NCBI GenBank assembly: GCA_054661495.1 | Contig: BAAFSQ010000084.1 | Coordinates: 5,285 to 37,284 of the forward strand | DNA length: 32,000 nucleotides | Direction of reading: 5' to 3' | DNA from: Zygophlyctis sp. KS116 | Lineage: Eukaryota > Fungi > Chytridiomycota | In this document: piece after piece, positions 21,531-32,000 of the stretch | Layout of the letters: the number at the start of each line of letters is the position of its first letter | Numbering within the stretch: position 1 is the first letter of the stretch | Notes under the pieces: model-generated | The model's database searches: none | What the model saw: the letters and a program-made list of their open reading frames with translations, nothing else | What the model was told of the DNA's origin: nothing | Translations under genes and position numbers: made by a program

Positions 21531-23126
21531 TCACAACTTTGGAGAATATAAGAGGCAGTGATTTAATACACCTGCAATAATACCAACCACGGGTAAAGTA
21601 AGAACCCATGAAAAGAGAGTCCATGCAACCATTCTCCAGTTGATTGCCTTCAGATTACCACTGCAAAGTCCTACTGCTACAGTGGCACCAGTAATACAAT
21701 GAGTAGTAGAAACTGGAATTCCCAAGAAAGAAGCGGTAATAACAGTTAAAGCTGCACCTAATTCCATAGAGAATCCACGAGAAGGAGAATGATAAGTCAT
21801 ATTATTTCCCAAACTTCTCATAACACTAAATCCAAAAAAGAAGAGACCTAAATCAATTGCTATTCCACCATAAGCTAAAATCCAAATTGGTACAGAAGTT
21901 TTAGATCCTGGAACTTGACCAGTTTGCCAAATTTGATAAATAGCAGCAATAGGACCTACAGCATTTGCAACATCATTAGACCCATGTGCAAAAGAAGCAA
22001 AGGCAGAAGTAGCTATTTGAAGAAAAGAGTATAGATATTCTGTTCTATTACAGAATTTTTGAGCCAAATCATGACTCTCTTTTAAGCGGCCATTACCTTG
22101 ATGAGAAGCCACATCCATTCTAACTCCTCGAAGTAAATAATCCTGAATTCTTGTAAATATAGAAGCTGAATTCTTGTCTTGTGATTTCTGTCCTGATTCA
22201 CCCAAATATACGCTATTCTCATCAACAACTAAACTACTTTCCTTCAAGTCTTTACCATCTTTCTGACCAAGATCATCAATTGCTTTAAATGCAGCGTGAC
22301 CTTGCTTTGGAACCCAATGAATGTAAAACAAGTGATACCATTTAAGATCTTCTTCTAGAGCAATTTTACGATTAAAGAAGGGAATCGCAAATAGTTGAGT
22401 AAAAAGAGCAAAAATTCCAGATATACCAAAAGTAAGACCAAGAACCAATCCAACCTTTCCAGTATTTGTGTAATTTCCTTTATCATCTTTTTTTGAAAGA
22501 TCTATTCCTTTTGGAGCCTTACTGATAACATAGAACAACAGAATAGAAAATGTAAAGAATACATAGACAGGCATTGCCTTTAAAGCTCTTTGAAAAGATT
22601 TGTTTGAATCTAATACAGTTCGTTTAGTCAGCAAAAATATTATTGAAGCTAGAAGTCCAGACGCAACGGGAGAAATGAACCATGAAGCTACAATTTGACC
22701 CACACCCTTCCAGCCCCAAACCACTCCACCTGACCCAAAAGCACCAATCCCAGCACCAGCAACGGCGCCGACAATTGAATGAGTAGTGGAAACTGGCCAT
22801 CCAAACTTTGAAGCAGTAATCACCCATAAAGAACTTCCTACTAGAGCACAGAGAAAAGACAATGCTAAAACATCCGGAACAGCCTGATAATCTTTAACAT
22901 CAATAATTTTGTTTTTAATAGTGTCAACAGTTTCAGCACCGAGTAAAACGGCACCAAGGAATTCAGTAAACAGAGCGATAATTACGGCCTGCATCAAGGT
23001 CAGAGATCTTGATCCAACGGCAGTAGCAAATGAATTAGCAACATCATTAGCCCCTATACCGTATGCATCCAAGAATGCAAAGATCATTCCTATGGCAAAG
23101 ATTGGTGTGATTGAAAATGGATCCAT
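21531..23126 (-). CDS. PHO89: PiT/SLC20 family phosphate permease (Pho89-like)
   Basis: GIGANDVANSF, PVSTTHSIVG, AHGSNDVANAVGP, PVSTTHCITG; many TM helices; intronless. Confidence 0.93.
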   Translation of the reverse strand: MDPFSITPIFAIGMIFAFLDAYGIGANDVANSFATAVGSRSLTLMQAVIIALFTEFLGAVLLGAETVDTIKNKIIDVKDYQAVPDVLALSFLCALVGSSLWVITASKFGWPVSTTHSIVGAVAGAGIGAFGSGGVVWGWKGVGQIVASWFISPVASGLLASIIFLLTKRTVLDSNKSFQRALKAMPVYVFFTFSILLFYVISKAPKGIDLSKKDDKGNYTNTGKVGLVLGLTFGISGIFALFTQLFAIPFFNRKIALEEDLKWYHLFYIHWVPKQGHAAFKAIDDLGQKDGKDLKESSLVVDENSVYLGESGQKSQDKNSASIFTRIQDYLLRGVRMDVASHQGNGRLKESHDLAQKFCNRTEYLYSFLQIATSAFASFAHGSNDVANAVGPIAAIYQIWQTGQVPGSKTSVPIWILAYGGIAIDLGLFFFGFSVMRSLGNNMTYHSPSRGFSMELGAALTVITASFLGIPVSTTHCITGATVAVGLCSGNLKAINWRMVAWTLFSWVLTLPVVGIIAGVLNHCLLYSPKL

Positions 23127-23188
23127 TATTTATTTTTCATGGTTGGTTTAAACCCTCTCTTTAAGTCCATGCAGAAGCACATGGAGAC

Positions 23189-23347
23189 TCCACGTTTACA
23201 GAGATAAGTTTTTACATTTTCACGGGATTGTAACAAAATATTGTTGTCAAGCGTTTGCTGATCCACGTTTTCTGGATGAAATGTCGCGTGGAGGGGTTAA
23301 ATTTCCTAAAAGCACTTAAATTATCATACAAGCGTCTTTAAAACGTG
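23189..23347. promoter_or_regulatory. Three CACGTTT E-box variants (Pho4-type) upstream of the phosphate permease
   Basis: CACGTT at 23191 and 23264 (both in TCCACGTTT) and AACGTG at 23342. Confidence 0.55.
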
Positions 23348-23435
23348 TTTTGTCCAATCTTTCGGATGGCGGACATTTAGAATTTTCAAGATATTTTGGC
23401 CATTCTAGTAGTATTTATTTTGAATTTGAATCATG

Positions 23436-26400
23436 CTATTTAATTCCTAATTCCTTCTTTAACCTAACAACCAGGGCCCAATCGTCTTTGGAAAGATCGT
23501 TTCTAAATGTTGTCTTTAAAATATCTATAGAGCCTCTTGTCAACTAAAATTAGTATTAGAAAATATTACCCTGGAGAAGATTTCACTAGATTCATTGAAA
23601 TGTCTCCCAAACATTTTTGGAGTTTCATAAGGTGCATTTTCAACACGAATAGCAACAGAAGGATCTCCTCTTTTTGCTTCCGGGCGAGACTTATGATTAA
23701 GTTCAATACCGACAACTTTTCCCAAGGAGATTACTTTGGAATCTTCAATAACACATAGAGGAGTTCCAACTTTTAAGACTCCTTCCATTACGTCAACACC
23801 CATGATGATAGGAGCTCTCTTATTGAAAACTGCACCAGGAACAATTTTCAAAACACAGGGAAAGATAGCCATTGGAGCATCATCCCTGCGTTTTTGTTCC
23901 TCTATTTCTTTCATGTGCGCAGTGAATTTGTCAAATAAGTGATAAATAATATTTGCCTAGAAAAGTTAAAAAAAAAAATTACAGAAAATATGGTTACACC
24001 CATTTCCTTTGCTAGTTCTGTAGCATCTTTATCTATTGGAACGTCAAAAGCTAACAGTTGGGCGTATTCGGGAGCTTTTTCAAGCATTACAGAACATCGA
24101 ATCACATCCTTTTTATGAACAGGACCAATATTGATTCCAGAAACGGGAATATTTGAAGATTTTAAAAAGGTTAACAGAGCCTCTAGAGAACCCAAAGTGG
24201 AAGATTGCACACATACACCCTTTCCAGATTTATCAATTGATGACATAAGAGATGTCAAGTCCGACATTACTTCTTCCATCAAGTCTTCCTCATCGTCATC
24301 GGGACCGACGACAAGAAGACGAGAGCCTGCAATCGCCTTTTCAAGGTCAGGGGCAGCTATTTTCACTCCCTGTGATGCCTTGACTTCTTTATGATGAACG
24401 TAGGCAGATTTGACTCTCAATTCGCGCATAGGCTGAGGAGTAAGCAAGGCACGAATATTAGTGACAATAGGTCCATTCAGTCCACATATGACTATTCGAT
24501 CTCCCTCTCGTAATACCCCATTTGATAAAATAACATCAATAGTTGTTCCCAGACCTTCAATAACTTTGACTTCCAAGACGGTACATTCCAATTCCGATAG
24601 ATACATCAACTTTTCTGTCATTCGAGTTTGAGTCAGGTCAACTAGCAAATGCAATAAATCAGGTATTCCTTCACCAGTGATAGCAGATGTGGGTATGAGA
24701 GAGACATTCTTCCCAAGATTCTTATTATCCCAGTACAGGCATGCATTAAGACCTTGTTCCGCAAACTGGACAATGGTTTTTGTTACACGATCATTGAATT
24801 CTTTGATAACATGCGATTTCTGTAGAGCTAAAGTGTCTCTTGTGGGGTAATCTGGATAGGCCTGCCAGTCAAACATTCGATCAATTTTGTTAAGTGCTAC
24901 GATAAATGGAGTTTTGCGCTGTCTTAAAAGACCTAATGACTCTAGTGTCTGAGGCTCCAAACCGTGAACAATATCTACTACTAAAATTGCGATATTGCAT
25001 AATGATGATCCTCTGCTACGTAAGTTCGTAAAGGATTCGTGACCAGGCGTGTCAATGATCAAGAGACCAGGGATTTTGTATCCTGGATCCTCACCTTTGT
25101 GATAGAGAGCCGTTTTCTGTATTACTGCATCTATTGGGAAATATGTGGCACCAATCTGCTGAGTAATACCACCAGCTTCGCCTTCTTGAACATTAGTTTG
25201 TCTTATTTTATCCAATACTTTAGTTTTGCCAGTGTCAACATGACCTAAAATGCAACATATAGGTGATCGCAAATTATCAGCGGATCTAGCAGCCAAAGCC
25301 GCAGCTATACGTTCCTATGTATTATTTTTGATGTGTAAATACCTTTTTACGAGCCGCAGCTTCTTCCTTTCGCTTGAGAGCTTGCTTTTCGTGTTCAGTC
25401 AGCTCCTCTGATTCATCAGAATCATCAGAGTCGTCCGATTCATTCTCTTCATCGGAATCACTTCCTTTTTCTTCATCAGATTGATCCATAACTTCTTCAG
25501 CAGCATTGGCTACTGCTTCTTTGGTGTCCTTTTCCTTATTTTCATTCCCAACTCCAACTTTATTCAATTTTAGATTTTCCAATTTTAAAGACTCTTGGTC
25601 AACTTTATCTTCATCTGATTCATCATCCCAATTATCTTTTATATTTTCATCGGCTTCCGAAACCATATCCCATGAATCTTTAATCGACTCCGAATTCTGA
25701 TCTTCGACATCCCAGCATTCATTGACCTGTTCAATATCCTTTTTGTCGACAATGACAGCTTCTCTCAAATCTGGACTTGAGACTTTTGATTGAGTTTTTT
25801 CATTTTCAGTTGAATTGTTATTTTTTCCCTTCTTCTTTTTGCCATAAACAACCTTCTTTGATCCTTGATTTTCAGCTTTAAGTCCTTCTACTACAACTCC
25901 AGAAGCCAGCATAGCTTCTAATTTAGCTTGCGCTTGAGCCTGAGCCTTTTGCTGTGCAGGCGTTAAATATTTCCCAGCCTTTTTCAACTCTTCTTTTCTC
26001 AACTACTGATAAATAATTTTGTAACAATACCCTTTCTTTTTCCCTTTTCTTTTGTTTTGCTTCTAATCGTTTTGCTTCTTCTTCCTCTTCTTGCATTTTT
26101 ATTGCTTCTAGCCGAGCCCTCTCTTCCTCTTCTCTCTTTTGAGCTTCTTCCTCTGCAGCCTTTCTAGCAGCCATCATTTCCCTTAGAGCAGCCACTGGCG
26201 GTCCTACCTTTTTCTTTGCCCCTTTTTTCTTACTCTTTGAAGAATCATCAGGATTTTCGATAGCTTCAGCAGAAGCTTGCTCTAATTCTTCTACTTCTTT
26301 AGAGTCTTTAGGCTCTTGTGAACCTGTTTTAGAATCACTCTTTTTTGACGTTTGCTTCTTTGCTAATTTTTGACGTTCTTTTCTTTCTCTTTCTTTTTCC

Positions 26401-26746
26401 TTTTTAGATTTAATCTTTATCTCTGATGGATCTTGTAAATCTTGTAAAACTTCTTCCTTTTCCTCTTTTTTAGACTCTACTTTAGCGCTTGAAACCACAA
26501 TTTCTTCTTGCTCTTGGTCTAATTTTGCTAAAATTTCTGCAGCATCTTCTTCATCATCTTGAAATTTCTTCTTTTTAGACTTTTTAGACTTTTTGATGGT
26601 TGCCATGAGTCCTCCCAAGTCATTCCCATCCTCATCTAAATTTGTATCCTGTTCCACCCTCTCTGGTTCCTGCTCTTGAGGAAATTCCTCGACATCTTTA
26701 TTCCTAATTGTTTAAATTGAGAAAAATACTTTTTCTTTTTCGCCAT
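23436..26746 (-). CDS. FUN12: Translation initiation factor eIF5B (Fun12)
   Basis: Charged N-terminus; [39 protein letters not shown]. Introns 26704-26729, 26003-26030, 25315-25342, 23957-23982, 23544-23569. Confidence 0.96.
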
Positions 26747-26809
26747 TTAACTGGTTCCTAAACAAAGACCTGTTTAACAGAAACGTCAAGTTTTACATTT
26801 GCTCAAACG

Positions 26810-27421
26810 ATGAAAATTGGGATTTTGGCTCTTCAAGGCGCATTTAGTGAACATGACATCATGTTAAGAAAATTAAAGATTATTCCTACTCTAGTCACAG
26901 ATCCACGGCATCTAAAAGGTTTAAATGGAATAATTCTGCCAGGCGGAGAATCTACAACGATTGGAATGTTGTTAAAATCTAGTGGATTATATGATCCTCT
27001 AAAAGCTCTAATTGAATCTAGTCAGATTGTAGTATGGGGAACATGTGCTGGTTTTATACTGCTATGTGAAAATGTTGTAGATAGAGATCAGATACTTTTG
27101 GGAGGTCTACCGCTCACTGTTGAAAGAAATGCTTTTGGAAGACAAATTAATTCTTTTGTGGAAACTTTACAGTTACAGCTAAAAGAGACTATAGAGTTTC
27201 CAGGAGTCTTTATTAGAGCTCCAAGAATTGTTTTATCAGATCATGACTTGAATAGTGATTTACGTATATTTGCTAAATTATCCAAAGAAAGGAATTCTGA
27301 TGTGGTTGGTGTTCTCAAAGATGATAGAATTATGGGGACTAGTTTTCATCCAGAATTAACTAATGATTCAAGAATGCATCAGATTTTTCTTCAACTTTGT
27401 TCTAAAAATTCTAAAGATTAA
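26810..27421 (+). CDS. PDX2: PLP synthase glutaminase subunit (Pdx2/SNO)
   Basis: GILALQGAF.EH, LPGGESTT, GTCAG, RNAFGRQ, FIRAP, SFHPELT. Confidence 0.95.
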   Translation: MKIGILALQGAFSEHDIMLRKLKIIPTLVTDPRHLKGLNGIILPGGESTTIGMLLKSSGLYDPLKALIESSQIVVWGTCAGFILLCENVVDRDQILLGGLPLTVERNAFGRQINSFVETLQLQLKETIEFPGVFIRAPRIVLSDHDLNSDLRIFAKLSKERNSDVVGVLKDDRIMGTSFHPELTNDSRMHQIFLQLCSKNSKD

Positions 27422-28956
27422 TCTGCAGACTTATTGGAGACTGATTTGGGGTTTTTAAGGGAGGGCTTTGCATTTCAAATAATGAATTTAAAAATCGATT
27501 TCTAAATCTTCCTTTTGGATCTGATCGTTCCATTAGACTCTTAAATTCTTTCCATTTTGGGAATTTACGGTTCCAAGGTTCATATAATTCTGGAGTAAAA
27601 AATTTACCAAAATGAGGAATGCATGAATTTTCTTGTAAACATAATTGCTTTTCAATGCTTTTGAGAAATTCCAATTTTTCTTGATTTGCTCCTGGTGCAA
27701 TGTCATAAGAGACATCAGTTAGTAGATCTTCAGGTGATAAATAGACTAAAAATCCTATATAACAAACTGGAGAATTAAATGAAGGACTTAACCATGCTTT
27801 AGAGACACCAGTTCCACGGAGGATGAAGGGATAATGCATTTTGGTTTTCTTACTTCTATAGTATTCTCGAAGTTGAATTAATGTTTGAGATAAGTTTGAC
27901 ATTGGTACTGCTAATTCACAGTTAACTTGAGGTGCTGGGATTCCTTTACACCATATATCATAAATGTTTCCAACGCAAGTTTCAGTAGCTTCAAATCTAG
28001 AAACAGTTCTAAATCTAGCTTCCTCAAAAGAATTATTGCCATCGTTAGATGTAGTTATGGGAGTTGAAGGTCTAGATGTATCTTGCTTCATAACTTGTAA
28101 AAGATCATCAATCGAGGCTTTAAATGCATTTTTTACTTCTGCAAGAGATCTGACTGTAGGATTGCTACTTTCTCCTAATTTCAATAATTTACTGTCGTTC
28201 TTTTTATACGCTTGAATTTCATTATCTGTTGCTTTTGCACTTCTCCATAACTGAACATGATCAGAGCCTGGAAACCACCAAGCTTTACAGTGATCATGCT
28301 CACTATTCCATTCCAGAAATTTTGAGCATAATGAATTAAAATCTGTAATTTCCTTTTCTACCTTGTATATCGTCAGAGGAATACATTCAAGTTTGACATG
28401 CGTCACAATCCCTAATGCGCCCATATGAATCTGAAATCCACAAAAATCAGGATCATTTTGATTAACGTCTCGGATTTTACCATCAGCAAGAATGATTCTT
28501 AGAGATATTATAGAATCATATAATCCACCGTTATTCATACCCTTGCATTTACGTACTGGAACTTACCTGACCATGTGTACCCGTAGCCAACGCCCCTGCT
28601 AATGTTTGCGTCAATAATACTCCCGGACATGAGGAAATCTCTAAATTTCTATTCAACAAACATTTAGAAACTTGTTCCAATGTTGTCGATGCGCCAAATG
28701 TGGCCCAGGACTCTCCAAACTCTGTCTCGCCTCTGTAAAGTTCTGAAAGATCTAACAACAAATCATTCTCTTCACTTGGTGATTTATCTAATCTTCCTAT
28801 GCCATTAAAGGACATTCTTGATCCGAGAACTTTAATCAGCCCATTTGTTGATTTAATAATCTTCAATAATTCATCTTCTGATTTGGGCTTAATTACTTGG
28901 CTAATCTCCCCCAACCTGACGCTATGTGCCCAGTTGTAGATGTTTTGATCAGTCAT
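27411..28956 (-). CDS. FAD-linked aldonolactone oxidoreductase (ALO/GULO family)
   Basis: NWA..P.SEDEL, TLAGALATGTHGQ|G, MGALGIVTHVKL, E.AVP, PHFGK, DPKGRF.N. 25-nt intron 28542-28566; 3' end overlaps PDX2 by 11 bp. Confidence 0.85.
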
Positions 28957-28995
28957 TGTTTCGATTATTCAGACTATGTGACGTCGTGTACTCTT

Positions 28996-30298
28996 ATGAC
29001 TGACGTTTCTACAAAAGGAAATAGACAGATTATTCCCTGTACTGTTGATGAAAATAAATGTAAGTAATTTGATTTAATTAGTAGTTAATAATCAAACCGC
29101 TCTGATTGATCATCAAAACTTGATCATATATGACAATCATTCGAAACAAATCAAACGATATATTCCCTTAGAGAATATTGTCAAATTAGAATCTGATTTA
29201 TATAGGCATGATTTAATACCAGATCAACAATTACCATGCGTAAACTTAATATACCAACTGCGTACAACTTCCAGACTAAATCAAATCGAAAGATTTAGAA
29301 TAATGACATCATGCAAAGAGTGGGATCTCCCCCATTTTCTAAGGACAAGAATAAGAAACAGAAATCTTTTATTGTTTTACAAGAGCTTGGAAGGAGTGTA
29401 TGAAAAAATACAATTTGATCGGGAATGTGATAACTTATTAAAAACTTCTTCAACTTATCCTAGAGACAAATCCTTACTAGCGGATACATGTTCTGAATTG
29501 GTTGAATCATTAATTTTTCATACCATTTTGGATCAGTCTGCAAAATCAAGATTATTTAATTCTAATCTCAAAAGTATCCTGGTCAATGAGATTAATCAAA
29601 CTTTTAAATGGTTAAAAAAATCAGAAGCTTGTACTGATGATAATGATTTGATGAAGTGGATTATTTTAAAAAAGTCTGGAAAGCAAATTGCTAAAATGTT
29701 ACCGTCTCTTTCATCACCAACTCACCCTCAAACAGTTCTAAACTCTTTTCATTTCTCATCACTTTGTCTGGACTGGATATCTAGTGGAATATTTAACAAC
29801 AATCTTCAGAATATTAATATTCCTAGATTAGACTCTTGCTCTTTTAACGAGTCTGAATATTCCTGCTTAAATTTGGTGGATGACATCTGTAGTCAGTTAT
29901 TACTATACTCGACTAAATTTGATATGAATGAATATTATGAAAACTTTTGTACATCAGTATGCAGTCTTGCATCTGAAATTGCATCAAGTTCTAAATATAC
30001 TATAAGCTTCAAGACGCCGGATTTCTTATCTCAAAAATGTGTTACATTGATACTTGAGCAGTTTAAAACGGTATTTGAAACAGATCAAGATCTACTTCAT
30101 ACATTTCATCACTCCCAATTACTCTATTATCTCTTTAGAACTCATCAACTAAACAAGAAAACTTTAAGAAAGATGCCAGATTATAAATATATTCTTGGGA
30201 TCAGCTTTATCGTGGCAGATAATGATAATGTCCATCGGACGCGACTAATTACAATTATAAATGAAACACTCCATGATTTAAAATTACTCGATTATTAA
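28996..30298 (+). CDS. Hypothetical protein, N-terminal PH-like beta region then helical domain
   Basis: ATG 28996; intron 29060-29081 or 29060-29084 (NAGNAG) joins the 392-aa ORF in frame. Confidence 0.7.
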
Positions 30299-30420
30299 TA
30301 TACCGCATTAAATGGTCTATGAATTATACGTTTGAGAAGTTGAGCATACTTTATTCAATGCATGAACCGTCGGTCCAAGTAAAATTTTAACCCTACGTTT
30401 AGCGCTGTAACAGATTTCAA

Positions 30421-30754
30421 ATGGCAACTGCTCTTTTAATCGGAGGGGGAATAGGTAAGCCATCCTAAAGATATCTAAGTCTTAGCTGCAGCTGCATTGA
30501 TTGGTAGATCGGCAATCAAGGCTTTTAGGAATACAGCAGGCACAGGTGGAAAGTTTCCTAGAGGAGGATTTGAACCAAACATGAGCTCTAGGGAAGCTGC
30601 ATTGATACTCGGAGTAAGGCCGAGTGTCTCTAAAATTAAATTAAAAGAAGCACATAGAAGAATAATGTTGCTAAATCATCCTGATCGAGGAGGAAGTCCT
30701 TACTTGGCATCAAAAGTAAATGAAGCAAAAGAATTATTGGATAAAAATCAGTAG
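30421..30754 (+). CDS. PAM18: Mitochondrial import motor J-protein Pam18/Tim14
   Basis: GGFEPNMSSREAALILG, AHRRIMLLNHPDRGGSPYLASKVNEAKELL. Intron from 30455 to 30479 or 30485 (both in frame). Confidence 0.95.
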
Positions 30755-30785
30755 TAGTAAAAAATGCATCTATTGATTTGCTCTA

Positions 30786-31802
30786 TTAAATCATTTCATA
30801 AAAAATTGAAAAGAAAATCCAAATGTTTTGTGTCAATGTGTTACCATGAGATTTTTGCGATGCAGTTGGAGATTCAGTAGGACCAGTCTGGGAAATAGAA
30901 GATGTAGTCTGCGTCGTAGTCTGCGTCGGATTACTGGTTGTGTTTCCAATCACTCTATTCAACCAGGCATCATCATATGCTCTTAGTCCACTACATTCAG
31001 CAACATTTTGAAGAGAATAACTAGAATCTGTTACTATTTGAATTGTTCTAGGAATGAATGATGATGATTCAGGAAACAAGTCATGTTGTAAAGAAATAGT
31101 ACCAATCATGGGCTGATCCATCCATTCAATGAAAGACTGTACTGGCCTAGAGTTTGAAGAAAAATCTCTAATTAACTATTAAAACTATTACCTTTGGTAT
31201 CTCTATTCCATAAAACGACTGATAAGCCCATCTTGTTTATAATGCCTTCAACTCTATCATCTATATCACCAACTATTGTTTATCCATTAAAAACTTACAA
31301 GGAGGTCTAAATAATTCAGGAGACACCCCTGTTATATCTTTGATGATTTGAGCAGTCCAAACTATTTCTGCTACAATCTCATCGTCCGAAAGTTTAGTTA
31401 ATTCTGGATGTGACCAAGTATGAATTCCAATCTGATGTCCATCATCAAATATTTGCTTTAGTACTTGAGGTGATTTAGCAACTTCTTGACCAACAACAAA
31501 GAATGTAGCCTTGATATTCTTTTGTCCCAAAGGCGTAAGTACTCTCTCTTGAGTAAATTCACCTAGAGTTAAATCCAAATAAAACACTTACTTGGCCCAT
31601 CATCAAAAGTCAATGCCCAAGCCTTTGAATCTTTGCATGCATTTATATTTGATCCCAAAAGTATATTTTGACCATTTTGAACTGCACTTGTCCAAGTCTT
31701 ATTAATGGGCGGAACCTCTCCAAACTTTGGCCAAACTGATCTATCAAATGCATTAACTCTTAATATAGCAAAGACTGAAAGAACCCAGATGCAAGACTTC
31801 AT
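30786..31802 (-). CDS. Secreted, probably GPI-anchored chitin deacetylase (CE4/NodB)
   Basis: Signal peptide; LTFDDGP, ATFFVVG, HTWSHP, FRPPFG, WNRDTKDF, ISLQHD; S/T-rich linker and hydrophobic C-terminus. Introns 31563-31591, 31273-31298, 31166-31191. Confidence 0.9.
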
Positions 31803-31824
31803 AATTTTAAAATAGATTCTCTTT

Positions 31825-32000
31825 AAAATAGATTCTTACCGCATGATTACGGCGTAATGTATCACTTGTTGACTTGTTTCAAAATAGATTCTTACCGCAT
31901 GATTACGGCGTAATGTATCACTTGTTGACTTGTTTCAAAATAGATTCTTACCGCATGATTACGGCGTAATGTATCACTTGTTGACTTGTTTCAAAATAGA
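31825..32000. repeat. Perfect 56-bp tandem repeat, at least 3.1 copies, runs off the window
   Basis: AAAATAGATTCTTACCGCATGATTACGGCGTAATGTATCACTTGTTGACTTGTTTC starting at 31825, 31881, 31937 and 31993 (partial); no spacers. Confidence 0.95.

Noticed and set aside
17650-28956. Cofactor gene cluster (DHFR, adenosine kinase, PDX2, ALO)
   Set aside because: Unrelated pathways interspersed with housekeeping genes; PDX1 is not adjacent.
31825-32000. CRISPR array
   Set aside because: Units are contiguous and identical with no spacers; eukaryotic context and no cas genes.
1-32000. Alternative genetic code or frameshifting to explain the fragmented ORFs
   Set aside because: Nearly all breaks are resolved by 23-31 nt GT-AG introns, and TAA, TAG and TGA all act as terminal stops.

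Overview
Eukaryotic, AT-rich, very compact genomic DNA in the standard genetic code. It is most likely a zoosporic (chytrid-type) fungus. That is an inference from the chitin deacetylase, an OCRL-type 5-phosphatase, a complex I subunit and plant-like LRRs. I reconstructed 24 protein-coding genes by hand-splicing, including HUS1 and BOLA3, which the ORF track largely misses. About 42 spliceosomal introns were placed, and essentially all are only 23-31 nt. The main novelty is a candidate class of non-canonical GT...TG micro-introns. One is required to keep HUS1 in frame (16202-16226), and a near-identical one lies in an unrelated gene (1726-1751); both read GTAAAT...ATTAATWCCTTG. Skipped proximal AGs elsewhere suggest 3' splice sites are chosen by length or branch-point distance. 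The second highlight is an accessory island (about 9.8-15.7 kb) encoding a ~1400-aa secreted mosaic protein. Its domains are an NHL propeller, Cys-rich repeats, 14 Trp-less TSP1-like 44-aa repeats, a Ser/Thr stalk and exon-modular LRRs. Also seen are three convergent gene pairs with interlocked stop codons, 26-78 bp bidirectional promoters, Pho4-like CACGTT sites before a phosphate permease, and a 56-bp tandem array at the right edge. All splice models are inferred from sequence only.
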